This document shows positions 17,027-27,625 of a DNA stretch of 28,844 nt, piece by piece. Location: the NCBI GenBank assembly GCA_046570105.1, contig JBKHVI010000038.1, forward strand, positions 1 through 28,844, written 5' to 3'. The DNA is from Bacteriovoracia bacterium. Its GTDB lineage: Bacteria > Bdellovibrionota > Bacteriovoracia > Bacteriovoracales > Bacteriovoracaceae. A program made the translations under genes and the position numbers. The notes beneath the pieces were generated by a model. It made no database searches and was not told where the DNA came from. It saw only the letters and a list, made by a program, of their open reading frames with translations. The stretch's first letter is position 1, and the number at the start of each line of letters is the position of its first letter.

Positions 17027-17647
17027 ATGGACACCAAAATGGGCTACATTCCGAACCCCATCGTAATTGAACAAACCGCCCGTGGTGAGCGCCAATACGA
17101 TATTTACTCTCGACTCTTACTCGATCGCATTGTGTTCTTGGGAACTGATGTGAATGATACAGTCGCCAATCTTTTGGTGGCGCAGTTTTTATTCCTCGAG
17201 CAGAGTGATTCAGAAGCTCCGATTCACTTCTACATCAACTCACCAGGCGGCTCTGTTTATGCGGGCCTAGGTATCTACGATATTATGCAACACGTGGCAT
17301 GCCCGGTTTACACTTACTGTGTGGGCATGGCGGCTTCGATGGGATCAATCCTATTGCAAGCAGGTGAGCCAGGACATCGCTATTCAATGCCTCACTCACG
17401 AATCATGATTCACCAACCATTGGGTGGAGCTCGTGGACAGGCCTCTGATATCGAAATTCAGGCGAAAGAAGTCTTGGATTTGAAGCGTCAGTTGTATGAG
17501 ATCTACGTGAAGCACACAGGCAAGAAATACGACATCGTTGAGAAGGCCTGTGACCGTGATAATTATTTGAGTCCGCAACAGGCGAAAGAATTTGGTTTGA
17601 TCGATAACATCATCGATCCCAAGGGCAAAACTCGTAAAGATAAATAA
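17027..17647 (+). CDS. clpP: ATP-dependent Clp protease proteolytic subunit
   Basis: [21 protein letters not shown] (Ser), MIHQP (His), RDNY (Asp). Confidence 0.99.
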   Translation: MDTKMGYIPNPIVIEQTARGERQYDIYSRLLLDRIVFLGTDVNDTVANLLVAQFLFLEQSDSEAPIHFYINSPGGSVYAGLGIYDIMQHVACPVYTYCVGMAASMGSILLQAGEPGHRYSMPHSRIMIHQPLGGARGQASDIEIQAKEVLDLKRQLYEIYVKHTGKKYDIVEKACDRDNYLSPQQAKEFGLIDNIIDPKGKTRKDK

Positions 17648-17674
17648 GCAACATTTGTGTGAAGAAGGACAGAC

Positions 17675-18994
17675 ATGACCACCAAAGATAAAGCAGGAAG
17701 TAACTACGGGGCCCTTAACTGTAACTTCTGTGGCAAGTCCCAGAAGGAAGTCAAAAAGCTCATCGCAGGACCAGGCGTCTACATTTGTGATGAATGTATC
17801 GAACTCTGTAATGACATCATCTATGAGGACTCAATTAAGACTGTCGCTAAAACGGCAGTGGATAATGTGCCAAAGCCTCATGAGATCAAAATTCATTTGG
17901 ATAACTATGTAATCGGGCAAGATCGCGCCAAGAAAATTATCTCGGTTGCGGTTCACAACCATTACAAACGTATCTCTCACCGCCCATCAGGTCGCGGTGA
18001 TGGGGATGATATCGAACTCGTAAAGTCGAATATCCTTTTGGCGGGTCCAACTGGTTCAGGAAAAACACTTATCGCTCAATCATTGGCGAAGTATTTGAAC
18101 GTACCGTTTGCGATCGCTGATGCCACGACACTGACAGAAGCTGGTTATGTGGGTGAAGACGTTGAGAATATTATTCTCGCTCTTCTGCAGAACTGTGACT
18201 TCGATGTTGAGCGCGCTCAACGCGGTATCGTCTACGTCGACGAAATCGATAAGATTGCTCGTAAGTCTGAAAACCCATCGATCACACGCGATGTGAGTGG
18301 TGAAGGTGTTCAACAGGCCCTCTTGAAATTGATGGAAGGCTCGATCTCAAACGTTCCACCGAAAGGCGGCCGTAAGCATCCTCAACAAGAATACATTCAA
18401 GTTGATACACGCAACATCTTGTTCATTGTGGCAGGAGCGTTCGTGGGTCTCGATAAAATTATCGAGCAACGTATGACTAAGAACAAAGCTGTCGGTTTGA
18501 CCAAGAAAGAAAACACTGAAAAGAAAACTTTCGTGGAGTCTTTGGGTGGTATCGAGCCAGGCGATCTGGTGCGCTTCGGTCTTATTCCAGAATTCATTGG
18601 CCGCTTGCCGGTCAATGCAATGTTGGAAGAGCTCGATGAAGACGCACTTATGTCGATTTTGACTGCTCCTAAGAACGCCATTGTGAAGCAGTATCAAAAG
18701 TTGTTTGAGTTTGATGGTATCGAACTGGAATTCACTGAAGACGCTCTTCGTGAAGTCGCTCGTACTGCGCTCAAACGCAAAACCGGTGCTCGTGGTCTTC
18801 GCTCTATTCTCGAGCAAGTGATGCTTGATGTGATGTACGATCTGCCAAGCAATGACAAAGTCGCCAAGTGTTTAGTGACACTAGAAGCGATCACAGGTGA
18901 GGGTAAACCTCAGCTCATTGAAGGTGAGCGCAAAAAGCGCGGAGAAGGTAAGGGGGCCGTCAAATCGGCCAAGAAAATCGAAAACGCTTCTTAA
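17675..18994 (+). CDS. clpX: ATP-dependent Clp protease ATP-binding subunit
   Basis: CNFC/CDEC Zn domain, [24 protein letters not shown]. Confidence 0.99.
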   Translation: MTTKDKAGSNYGALNCNFCGKSQKEVKKLIAGPGVYICDECIELCNDIIYEDSIKTVAKTAVDNVPKPHEIKIHLDNYVIGQDRAKKIISVAVHNHYKRISHRPSGRGDGDDIELVKSNILLAGPTGSGKTLIAQSLAKYLNVPFAIADATTLTEAGYVGEDVENIILALLQNCDFDVERAQRGIVYVDEIDKIARKSENPSITRDVSGEGVQQALLKLMEGSISNVPPKGGRKHPQQEYIQVDTRNILFIVAGAFVGLDKIIEQRMTKNKAVGLTKKENTEKKTFVESLGGIEPGDLVRFGLIPEFIGRLPVNAMLEELDEDALMSILTAPKNAIVKQYQKLFEFDGIELEFTEDALREVARTALKRKTGARGLRSILEQVMLDVMYDLPSNDKVAKCLVTLEAITGEGKPQLIEGERKKRGEGKGAVKSAKKIENAS

Positions 18995-19031
18995 AAACAA
19001 AAACCCGCCCGCAAGGCGGGTTTTTTGTTTT
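18994..19031 (+). terminator. Intrinsic (bidirectional-type) terminator after clpX
   Basis: A-tract, CCCGCC/GGCGGG stem, T-tract. Confidence 0.9.
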
Positions 19032-19338
19032 AGAGCGATCTAATAAAAACTAACCGCGGATAACAGACTAAGTGAGGACTATTGGAGGCAGTTTGCACCC
19101 CTTGATCTTAGGGGCAGCGAAGATGCTTGAAATTATTACCCAGATTCATTTAGCTGATTAAAAGAGTGGGGCAACATTGATCCCTAAATATTCTCACAGC
19201 TTATCTGTATAAATAAAATTTCCCCGAGGCGGAAATTGCCTCCCTTTTTTTCCTATCAAAAACTCCCATCGGCGTGTGAGAATTATCTTAAGGTTCTCTC
19301 TAGCTCGAGAACCAGATGAATGTGGCGCAGGAGGTGCT

Positions 19339-21747
19339 ATGTCCGACAAGAAGTCTGAATCTGTTAACAGCTTTCCCTTACTACCACTTAGGGATGTCAT
19401 AATCTTCCCTCATATGGTGGTGCCTCTCTTTGTCGGCCGCGAGAAATCGATCGCCGCTCTAGAGAAAGCAGCTAAGGCGGGCAACGAGCTTTTCCTCGTC
19501 ACTCAAAAAGACGCTTCAGTCTTAAATCCAGAACGCGAAGATGTTTATGACATCGGAACCGTTGTAAGCATCATTCAAATGCTGCGTTTGCCGGACAACA
19601 CTGTGAAGGTGTTGATCGAAGGTAAATACCGCGCCAAGATTGATGGCTTTAAGTGTCTCGACGAAGGTTACTTCGTAGACGTCACCAAGTGCCCAGACGT
19701 GCTTGATTCGGAAGTTGAAACTGAAGCTTCAATGCGCTCAGTGAAAAACATCTTCGAGCAGTACGTAAAATTAAATAAGCGCATTCCACCTGAGTTGTTG
19801 ATGAGCATTAGCTCAATCAATGATCCTTCTCGCTTAGCGGACATCATCGTAGCTCACCTCACTATGAAGATTCCTGAGAAGCAAGAAATCTTGAATGCCA
19901 CTAACGTCGACACTCGTTTGCAACTTCTTCTTGAGAAGATGCAAGGTGAAATCGAAATCATCAATGTTGAAAAGCGCATCCGTTCTCGTGTGAAGACACA
20001 GATGGAGAAGTCGCAGAAAGAGTACTATTTGAATGAGCAGATGAATGCGATTCAAAAAGAACTTGGCAACAAAGACGACAAGTCTGATATCTCAGAGATG
20101 GAAGACAAACTTAAAGCGAAGCTCATGCCGGAAGAAGCGCGTGAGAAGACGGCGAAAGAAATCCGTAAGCTTAAGAGCATGTCGCCAATGTCTGCTGAAG
20201 CAGCGGTCGTACGTAACTACGTCGATTGGATGCTTTCACTTCCATGGGGCGAGTTCTCAGAAGACGACAACTCAGTTCCACGTGCTAAAGAGATTCTCGA
20301 TAACGATCATTTCGGTCTTAATGACGTGAAAGAGCGTATCGTTGAATATTTGGCAGTTCGTTCACTCACTAAAAATGATACGCGCGGTACCTTGTTGTGC
20401 CTTGCTGGTCCTCCAGGTGTGGGTAAGACGTCGATCGCGACATCTTTGGCGACATCTCTTGGCCGCAAATTCGTTCGCATCTCATTAGGTGGCGTACGTG
20501 ATGAAGCGGAAATCCGCGGTCACCGTCGTACATACGTTGGAGCTATGCCAGGTAAGATCATCCAGGCCTTGAAGAAGGCCGGGACTTCAAACCCAGTCAT
20601 TCTCTTGGATGAGATCGACAAAATGTCTTCGGACTTCCGTGGCGACCCAGCTGCAGCTATGTTGGAAGTCTTGGATCCAGCTCAGAACAAGAACTTCGGT
20701 GATCATTACATCGAGTCTGAATACGATCTTTCGAAAGTTATGTTTATCATGACAGCTAACGACATCGGTCAAATCCCTGGTCCATTGCGTGACCGTATGG
20801 AAATGATTCATATCGCGGGCTACACACCAGAAGAGAAAATGCAGATTGCGAAGAAGTACCTTCTTCCAAAGTCTGTCGAGTCTCATGGTTTGAAAGACTA
20901 TCCAGTATCTGTCTCTGACAAGATTTTGATGACAGTTGTTCGTGGCTATACTCGTGAAGCGGGTGTCCGTGAACTTGAGCGCCAAATGAATACCATCGCT
21001 CGTAAGATTGCGACAGAAGTCGTGACTGAAGATGTGAAGGAAGGCCGCAAGTTCCAGATCAACGAAAAGAATCTTGAAAAGTACTTGGGTCCCATCAAGT
21101 TCGATAAGAACACTCGCGAAGAACAACCTCAGGTTGGACTTGTGAATGGTCTCGCCTGGACTTCAGTTGGCGGCGATATGCTCAATATCGAAGTTGTGAC
21201 TGTTCCTGGTAACGGAAAAATCCAAGTGACAGGAAAGCTAGGCGAAGTGATGCAGGAATCAGCGAAAGCTGCTCTCTCGTATGTGCGCTCAATCTCTGGT
21301 CGCTTAGGTGTGGATCACGATTGGTACAACAAGAATGATATCCATATTCACGTACCAGATGGCGCTACTCCAAAAGATGGCCCATCAGCAGGTATCACTA
21401 TGGCGACGGCCTTGACTTCAGCGATCGCTAATATCCCGGTTCGCCAAGACGTAGCGATGACGGGTGAAATCAGCCTTCGTGGACGTGTGATGCCAATCGG
21501 TGGATTGAAAGAGAAGATTCTCGCTGCTAAACAGGCCGGTATCACTACGGTGATCTGTCCTGAGAAAAACCGCAAGGACATCACTAAGATCCCAGATGAG
21601 ATCAAGGATGGTATCGAGATTCGTTGCGTATCTGAAGCCGAAGAAGTGCTTCGTATCGCCTTGAACCTCTCTAAGCCAGAGGAGTTTATGAAAGTTCGTG
21701 CACTTAAGGTGCTTGACCAGGATAACCCTCTCGAAGTTGCCAACTAA
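19339..21747 (+). CDS. lon: Lon protease
   Basis: PLLPLRD N-domain, GPPGVGKT, LLDEIDK, PKDGPSAG (Ser), GGLKEK (Lys); GGAGG RBS before ATG 19339. Confidence 0.99.
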   Translation: MSDKKSESVNSFPLLPLRDVIIFPHMVVPLFVGREKSIAALEKAAKAGNELFLVTQKDASVLNPEREDVYDIGTVVSIIQMLRLPDNTVKVLIEGKYRAKIDGFKCLDEGYFVDVTKCPDVLDSEVETEASMRSVKNIFEQYVKLNKRIPPELLMSISSINDPSRLADIIVAHLTMKIPEKQEILNATNVDTRLQLLLEKMQGEIEIINVEKRIRSRVKTQMEKSQKEYYLNEQMNAIQKELGNKDDKSDISEMEDKLKAKLMPEEAREKTAKEIRKLKSMSPMSAEAAVVRNYVDWMLSLPWGEFSEDDNSVPRAKEILDNDHFGLNDVKERIVEYLAVRSLTKNDTRGTLLCLAGPPGVGKTSIATSLATSLGRKFVRISLGGVRDEAEIRGHRRTYVGAMPGKIIQALKKAGTSNPVILLDEIDKMSSDFRGDPAAAMLEVLDPAQNKNFGDHYIESEYDLSKVMFIMTANDIGQIPGPLRDRMEMIHIAGYTPEEKMQIAKKYLLPKSVESHGLKDYPVSVSDKILMTVVRGYTREAGVRELERQMNTIARKIATEVVTEDVKEGRKFQINEKNLEKYLGPIKFDKNTREEQPQVGLVNGLAWTSVGGDMLNIEVVTVPGNGKIQVTGKLGEVMQESAKAALSYVRSISGRLGVDHDWYNKNDIHIHVPDGATPKDGPSAGITMATALTSAIANIPVRQDVAMTGEISLRGRVMPIGGLKEKILAAKQAGITTVICPEKNRKDITKIPDEIKDGIEIRCVSEAEEVLRIALNLSKPEEFMKVRALKVLDQDNPLEVAN

Positions 21748-21762
21748 GAGAAAGCTTAAATA

Positions 21763-21800
21763 GCCAAAAAAAACCACTCTTCAGAGTGGTTTTTTTTGGC
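21763..21800. terminator. Bidirectional intrinsic terminator between lon and the convergent gene
   Basis: GCC-A-tract-CCACTC TTCA GAGTGG-T-tract-GGC. Confidence 0.92.
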
Positions 21801-21815
21801 GTTAAGACAGTCTGA

Positions 21816-22271
21816 TTAGAGCTGCGTACAATTGTAATCAGATAGGTATTTCAACTCACCGCCTCTGCCTAGGCTTTTTCTATATGATTTCAACTTGAGC
21901 TTCATTGTCGAATCAACTGTTGCACTCAGAGTTGCTTCATGATTAACGGTATACGACCTTCTGAAACTACCACTTGGATAGGCACGCTCTACAGCATTAG
22001 CAAAAATTTCTTTCGAAGATTGGCGGGCGATTGTGAGCTCCCAGGTTCCGTTGCCTGGGCGAGTAAGGTCAACTTCCATTTTAGCTTTATGAAGTTTTAG
22101 GCATGCGTTTTGTGAAATAAAAATAAGACGACCTTCTCTGGTTACGATACTTGTTTCGCTAGAAATGGACTGACAGTCATAAACTTTCACAGATGGATCG
22201 TTTGATGCCTCACAAGCAAAAACATTAGCTGAGAGAATGCTAGTCAGAATTAAAAGAGCTGCAAATTTCAT
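21816..22271 (-). CDS. Secreted hypothetical protein with 4 Cys
   Basis: Signal MKFAALLILTSILSANVFA; GGAG RBS upstream. Confidence 0.8.
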   Translation of the reverse strand: MKFAALLILTSILSANVFACEASNDPSVKVYDCQSISSETSIVTREGRLIFISQNACLKLHKAKMEVDLTRPGNGTWELTIARQSSKEIFANAVERAYPSGSFRRSYTVNHEATLSATVDSTMKLKLKSYRKSLGRGGELKYLSDYNCTQL

Positions 22272-22596
22272 TAGAATTTCTCCGATTCAAAGTTAAATCA
22301 ACTTAATCGATAGTTAACTCGAGAGTGTTGCCTTTTCTAACTTAAATTGACCCTTTAATCGGTGTTGTGTAACAAATATAAACTGCCTGGCTCGCGTGTT
22401 GTTAGATTCACAAAATCAGCTGATAAATAGTGAAATTAGAAAATGCTTTATTGGCGGCTTGCCACTTGAAACTTCTCATTTATGGCCGGAGTTTACAAAT
22501 AGAAGCCTTCTCGAATAAAAACGATAGGTTACCCGAGGCAGACACCATTATAGGGTAGGAAGTTCAATGACAGATTTTCACCAACACAAGTCATCT

Positions 22597-22627
22597 ATTT
22601 CTTGCTGACTAATAGTCATCAAGAAAT
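22597..22627. promoter_or_regulatory. 31-bp near-perfect palindrome (operator or hairpin)
   Basis: ATTTCTTGCTGACTA-A-TAGTCATCAAGAAAT; 15-bp arms, one mismatch. Confidence 0.55.
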
Positions 22628-22737
22628 GCAAGTGCCAGCAGCTAACACCCTATCATTTTTACAACTTGGGCCCTCCCAAAGATAAGTTCCAGTATTCTCG
22701 GACAGATTTGTTTATCTCAAAACAGGAGTCCAGACTT

Positions 22738-25700
22738 ATGAAAAAGCATCTACGTGCTTTCACCGGCATCATGTTATTCGCCATGGCGCCAACGACACTT
22801 CTTGCTCAAACAACTCCCGATGAAGTGGATCATGTTCGTTACCGCAGTATCCTCGATAATCTCCAAGTAAAACTTGAAGAAACTCGCACGAAACTTGCGA
22901 CTCTTGAAACTGAGCGCACTGGTGTTCGCCAAGAAATCGATCGCATGAATGCTGATCGTCGCGATCTTCCAAATCGTACGGCCCAATTAAATTCTTCTAT
23001 TCATGCCAAACTTGAACAAGATCGTCGCTTGGCCCAAGAAATTGCTTCTCTTAATCAAACACTACAACGTGTGGCCCAAGATATCGCTCAGGCAGAACGC
23101 GAGCTAGAGTCTTTGGGAGCTCAGTGGAATCAAGCTGACAGTGTTCGCCAGAACGTTGATGCTCAATTGCGTGCAGTAGAAGGTGATATTGCTCGTCTGC
23201 AAACTCAGCTTGATCGCGAAGTAAACGAAGAGCGCGAATCAATGGCACAGCTCGATGCTATTGAGCGCGATATCGAACGCTTGAATGGCCGTCGTCAAGC
23301 TATGGCACAAGACCACCGTGATCGCCAAGTTCGTCATCAGCAAGAACAACGTGAAATTCAACAAATCCGTCAGCGTGAAAATCAACTCGAGCGCCAACTT
23401 CAAACAGCTCAAGCTGGTCTTCAGCAAGCAGAACAGGCCAATAACCAAGCTCAACAAGCTCTTCGCACAATCGAAGCTGATCTTGCTCGTGCTAATCAGG
23501 CGGTAGCACCTTTCCAACGTAAAGTAGAAGACGCCAAGAAAGATGTTCAATCAACCAAAGCTCAATTGGATGCTCTAGAGAAAGTCACAGCAGACGCTCA
23601 AGCGAACATCACAGGAATGGAGCAGCGTAAAGCAACAGCTGGCCAGCAGCTTCAGACTTTGAATAACAATCGTAACTCACAAGCTTCAGAAGTTTCTTCA
23701 GCTCAACAAGTTCTTGATGCTCGTGAACTAGAAGCTTCACAAGCAACCACTGCTATGCAAGCAGATAAGACAGCGATGGAAGCAGCTCAACAAGCTGTTC
23801 GCGATGCGATCGCTCAAGGCCGCCGTGCCGAAGTTCCAGCGCTACAAGCGGCAGCTAAGGCCGCTCAAGATAAATTCAAAGCTTCTCAGGCCACAGCTGC
23901 CGGCGCTAGCCGTAACGCTGCTGCCGCTCGTACAACTTTGACTCAGAAACAAGATGCTCTTAAAGCGACTGAAACTCAGATCGCTAACTTGAATTCATTC
24001 TTGGCCCGCGTTGATGGCGATATCGCCGCTGAACGCGCTAAGATTGCTCAAAACGCTGGTGCGATTCAGTCTAAGCGTCAAGAGCTTCAAGGTAAACGTC
24101 AGGCCTTGCAAGCAGCTGAAGGTGAACTGGCCGCTGTCTCAGGCGAGCGCGATCGTTTGGCCCCGCTTGCTCAGCAGGCCCGTCAGGCGGCAGCTGTAAC
24201 TCAAGGTCGTCGTGATCAGATGGAAACTGAAGTGAAGCGTGTTCGCCAGGAGCATAATCAGGCGAATCGTCATCTTCGTGAAGTTCAAGAATCAATTGCT
24301 TCATTCCCACAAGATATCCGTAGAATTGAAGACGCAGCTGCTCAAGTGGCACGCGAAATTCAACAGCGTGATGGCGAAGCGGATCGCGAACGTCGCCTCT
24401 TGGCACGTATCCGCAATGACCGTGTCAATGTACAAAATCAATTGGCCACTTTGAGCAACAACGCTCAACGTATCGGTCAAGATTTGCAACAAGCAGAACG
24501 TAACGTTCAAGCTGCTGAGTCAATCTATCGCAGTCGTGAAGCTGAACGTAATCAGATGAATATTTTTGCTGATAACACACGCCGCTCGATTGAGAGCAAT
24601 ACTGCCTCTCAAACTGAGCTTCGTCGTTCGGTTGAAGCTGATCGCACAGAAATTGCTAATAACAATTCTCGTTTGGCACAAATTGATCGCGACTTCGCTG
24701 GTTACCAGAATAGATCGAACCAATTGAACCAAGAGATTCCAGTTGTTTCTCAGCAGATTTCATCGCTTGAAACGCAAGTTTCAGGGGCAGATTCGAATTA
24801 CCGTCAACGTTTGACTCTCTTCCAACGTTACCTCGGCGAAGCGCAAACTTTGGGTAATTCACGCGGTAATGCCGCTGGCCAGACTGATGGCTCAAAAGCT
24901 GGTCTAGCTAACATGAACACCATCGCTTCTCGTTTGGGTATCGCCAACGGTAGCGAAGAAGGTCGTTTTGAAGCTCTCTTAAGAGCGTTTGTTCGCTCTG
25001 AAATCGCTGGCTTCAACACAGGTCGCGCTCAAGGTTTAGCAAGTGCCGCTGATGCAACTCGCGGAACTCAAGAAGGGACTGCCACAGGAAGTCGCGAAGC
25101 TCGTGACCATGCTGAACAAGTCTTGAAGCCTCGCTACTACTCAAGTGAATTCCAACGACGCTTAAGTGATTCAGACGTTCGTGACGAAGTTGCCGTGAAG
25201 CTTGCTGCAGCGATGGGCTACTTCAGCTCAGAAGAGGAAGAAAAATCGAATGAAAAACAAGCCACTATTCCAGCTTTAACTGCTGCAGAATTGGCCCAGT
25301 CTCGCTCGATCAATACTTCACTTGATCAGCGCATTGAGAATGCCATTAAAGAAATTGCTCGTCTTCGCGAAGAGCAAGGTCGCATCAGCGTAGCAGCTAA
25401 CGTTTACTTGGCACCAAGTGACGTGAAAGCTCCAATCACTGCTTCGACCTGTGAAGGCGTTTATAAAAACGTTAAAGACTTGATCACGGCCTGCCAAGAT
25501 TCATTCAAGATGGCCTACGATGCTAAGTTCGTGGCCGTTCACCGCACAGAATTCATGGCAGGTTATACGGCTGCATTCAATAATGTTATCAGCCGTGAAC
25601 GTGAAGCGGTCATTCAACGTGACTTCGCTGCGAACTATGCTGAAGGCGAAGCTGTTGCTCGCGCAGTTGGTCTTGCTGTTGGTAAAGAAGAAGTTTACCA

Positions 25701-26517
25701 AGCTCGTTTTGCTGAATCACGCGCATCTTCATACCAGCGCACTCTTCCAGTAGAAGACGGCCGTGTACGTTCTGAAGCAGTGACCATGGTTGATCAATTG
25801 TTTGCTGCCAATGGGGTAGCAATGATGACTGAAGCTCCTAAGTTCGTTTCAAGTGATCGCTACGGCATCACTCCTGGAGCAACTTTGTCTTTAGCGATGG
25901 TCTTGAAGAACTCTGGTATGCAAGCGACAGCCGAAGGTGGCGTAAAAGTTCGCATTATCCAAACTTCTTCGACACTTCAGTCAACTCGTACGGTTGCTCC
26001 TTTGAAGGCGCTGCCAGCACGTAAGATTATTAAGACAAATGCTGATTTCGGATTCAAGGTTGCTGATACCGCGACTCCAGGTGAGCGCGTACGCTTAACT
26101 GCTGAAGTGATCTACCCAGGTCATGACTATGCTTCTTCTCGTACAGAAAAAATCGAGATCGAAGAAATGGTGGGAGTGAGTCCAGCAGCGACTATGAATG
26201 TGGATTACTCAGCTGAGCCACAAGTTGCTCGTTTAGGCTTCTCTTTGACCATCAATATGGGCGTGACATTGACTGCGAAGTACCGTGGCCTTGATAAGGG
26301 CTATAGCGTGAGCTTAGAAGAAGTGGGCTCAAACTATGTTAACTTCACCGATGGCTCTGACGATACCAAAGTATTGGGTCAAGGTCAGAGTGAGAAGGTC
26401 GTATTGGCCTACAAGATTTCTAAGTCGGCTCGCGGTAAAGAAGTGAAGATGAAGTTGGTTGTGCGTTACGGCAACATCGTGGTGGAAGAGCAAAACATCT
26501 CTCTTAAGCCTCGCTAG
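22738..26517 (+). CDS. Large secreted coiled-coil protein (1259 aa) with GxxxG repeat segment and C-terminal Ig-like beta domains
   Basis: AGGAG RBS; signal MKKHLRAFTGIMLFAMAPTTLLA; ~680 aa Q/R/A/E heptad region; GNSRGNAAGQTDGSKAG repeats; beta-rich C-terminus. Confidence 0.85.
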   Translation: MKKHLRAFTGIMLFAMAPTTLLAQTTPDEVDHVRYRSILDNLQVKLEETRTKLATLETERTGVRQEIDRMNADRRDLPNRTAQLNSSIHAKLEQDRRLAQEIASLNQTLQRVAQDIAQAERELESLGAQWNQADSVRQNVDAQLRAVEGDIARLQTQLDREVNEERESMAQLDAIERDIERLNGRRQAMAQDHRDRQVRHQQEQREIQQIRQRENQLERQLQTAQAGLQQAEQANNQAQQALRTIEADLARANQAVAPFQRKVEDAKKDVQSTKAQLDALEKVTADAQANITGMEQRKATAGQQLQTLNNNRNSQASEVSSAQQVLDARELEASQATTAMQADKTAMEAAQQAVRDAIAQGRRAEVPALQAAAKAAQDKFKASQATAAGASRNAAAARTTLTQKQDALKATETQIANLNSFLARVDGDIAAERAKIAQNAGAIQSKRQELQGKRQALQAAEGELAAVSGERDRLAPLAQQARQAAAVTQGRRDQMETEVKRVRQEHNQANRHLREVQESIASFPQDIRRIEDAAAQVAREIQQRDGEADRERRLLARIRNDRVNVQNQLATLSNNAQRIGQDLQQAERNVQAAESIYRSREAERNQMNIFADNTRRSIESNTASQTELRRSVEADRTEIANNNSRLAQIDRDFAGYQNRSNQLNQEIPVVSQQISSLETQVSGADSNYRQRLTLFQRYLGEAQTLGNSRGNAAGQTDGSKAGLANMNTIASRLGIANGSEEGRFEALLRAFVRSEIAGFNTGRAQGLASAADATRGTQEGTATGSREARDHAEQVLKPRYYSSEFQRRLSDSDVRDEVAVKLAAAMGYFSSEEEEKSNEKQATIPALTAAELAQSRSINTSLDQRIENAIKEIARLREEQGRISVAANVYLAPSDVKAPITASTCEGVYKNVKDLITACQDSFKMAYDAKFVAVHRTEFMAGYTAAFNNVISREREAVIQRDFAANYAEGEAVARAVGLAVGKEEVYQARFAESRASSYQRTLPVEDGRVRSEAVTMVDQLFAANGVAMMTEAPKFVSSDRYGITPGATLSLAMVLKNSGMQATAEGGVKVRIIQTSSTLQSTRTVAPLKALPARKIIKTNADFGFKVADTATPGERVRLTAEVIYPGHDYASSRTEKIEIEEMVGVSPAATMNVDYSAEPQVARLGFSLTINMGVTLTAKYRGLDKGYSVSLEEVGSNYVNFTDGSDDTKVLGQGQSEKVVLAYKISKSARGKEVKMKLVVRYGNIVVEEQNISLKPR

Positions 26518-26529
26518 AATAAGTTTTTT

Positions 26530-26558
26530 AAAGCAGGGCCTTCGGGCCCTGCTTTTTT
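26530..26558 (+). terminator. Intrinsic terminator
   Basis: GCAGGGCC-TTCG-GGCCCTGC followed by T6. Confidence 0.95.
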
Positions 26559-26560
26559 CG

Positions 26561-26589
26561 TTGACGAGAAATCACTCCCCCCTTACATT
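26561..26589 (+). promoter_or_regulatory. sigma70 promoter of the tRNA
   Basis: TTGACG-N17-TACATT. Confidence 0.75.
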
Positions 26590-26607
26590 TGATTCTTCTT
26601 TGACTGA

Positions 26608-26683
26608 GGGCGTTTAGCTCAGCTGGGAGAGCGCTACCCTTACAAGGTAGATGTCGGCGGTTCGATCCCGTCAACGCCCACCA
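26608..26683 (+). tRNA. tRNA-Val(TAC)
   Basis: 76-nt cloverleaf; acceptor GGGCGTT/AACGCCC; anticodon arm CTACC-CT TAC AA-GGTAG; GTTCGA T-loop; encoded CCA. Confidence 0.99.
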
Positions 26684-26696
26684 AATTTTTTTGAAC

Positions 26697-26720
26697 AAAG
26701 CCGCGTCATGCGGCTTTTTT
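26697..26720 (+). terminator. Intrinsic terminator after the tRNA
   Basis: AAAGCCGC/GCGGCTTT stem plus T-tract. Confidence 0.85.
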
Positions 26721-26938
26721 CATTTCTGGGCGGTTACACGCCAAATCTAAAGTAGTTTTATAACCTTTCTTTATTAGTTTAATTTCTTGCCCAAGAATTG
26801 TGGAGAGATGTGTTCAATTGATAAATTGTTAAGAGCTTCTTAAGAATCTATTGCGGATATTTGGCCAGGAGCTTGAAAGGTTAGTTGTTTTTTAAAACCA
26901 AAGGGTTACCCTGTTACAATAAGTATTAGGGCTAAAAA

Positions 26939-27625
26939 ATGCGACGTTTTGTAACCATTATTGAAGATGAAAAAGAGATTGGCGAAAGTCTTTCCATCTT
27001 TTTGCGTTCAAAAAAATACGAGGTCAAACATTACCTCTCGGCAGAAGACTACTTCTCTGACCGCGCTCATCCAGGCAAAGGTATTTATTTGGTTGATTGG
27101 AATCTGCCAGGAATAAAAGGGATAGATATCATTCGCACCATCAGAACACGCGACAAGATTTCTCCTATCTTCATGCTCTCTGCAAATAGCAAAAATCAAG
27201 AAGTCCTCGAAGGTCTTAAGGCCGGAGCGGATGATTATTTAACCAAGCCTTTTGACTTCGATGCTCTTGCTGTCAGAATTGAAAACGCATGGACAAAACT
27301 CAATGAGCTTGAAAGTGATTTAATTACTCACGGAGTGAAGTTGATTCCGGAAGCTCATTCTGTCATGAAAGATGGCACGACGATTAGTCTCACAGCGCGT
27401 GAGTACGTGATTTTTAAAACTCTCTATGAGTTAGGCGATACCGTTTCTCGTGATGTGCTGATTGAGCAGTTCGATATCAAAGAAAAGATGACTGTGCGAA
27501 ATGTTGATGTACACATCTTTTTCTTGAGAAAGAAATTGAAGAAAATCAATATGGCGGTTAATACGGTTTGGGGTGCTGGCTACAAGTTGATTACTGATGC
27601 AGGTGATTCCGATGTAACTGCCTGA
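26939..27625 (+). CDS. OmpR/PhoB-family response regulator (no adjacent kinase)
   Basis: IEDE, LVDWNLPG (phospho-Asp), GADDYLTKPF, winged helix RNVDVHI..LRKKL..TVWGAGYK. Confidence 0.95.
   Translation: MRRFVTIIEDEKEIGESLSIFLRSKKYEVKHYLSAEDYFSDRAHPGKGIYLVDWNLPGIKGIDIIRTIRTRDKISPIFMLSANSKNQEVLEGLKAGADDYLTKPFDFDALAVRIENAWTKLNELESDLITHGVKLIPEAHSVMKDGTTISLTAREYVIFKTLYELGDTVSRDVLIEQFDIKEKMTVRNVDVHIFFLRKKLKKINMAVNTVWGAGYKLITDAGDSDVTA

Noticed and set aside
19083..19097. sigma54-like TGGAGGCAGTTTGCA upstream of lon
   Set aside because: GG-GC spacing is 9, not the required 10.
19126..19152. sigma32-like promoter (CTTGAAA) upstream of lon
   Set aside because: The -10 element does not match CCCCAT well enough to call.
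22738..26517. SMC or phage tape-measure annotation
   Set aside because: Signal peptide present, no Walker motifs, no phage genes nearby.
26719..26800. Partial likeness to the element's hairpin (TTCATTTCTGG..TCTAAA..CCAAGAAT)
   Set aside because: Spacing is wrong and the other blocks are absent; likely chance in AT-rich DNA.
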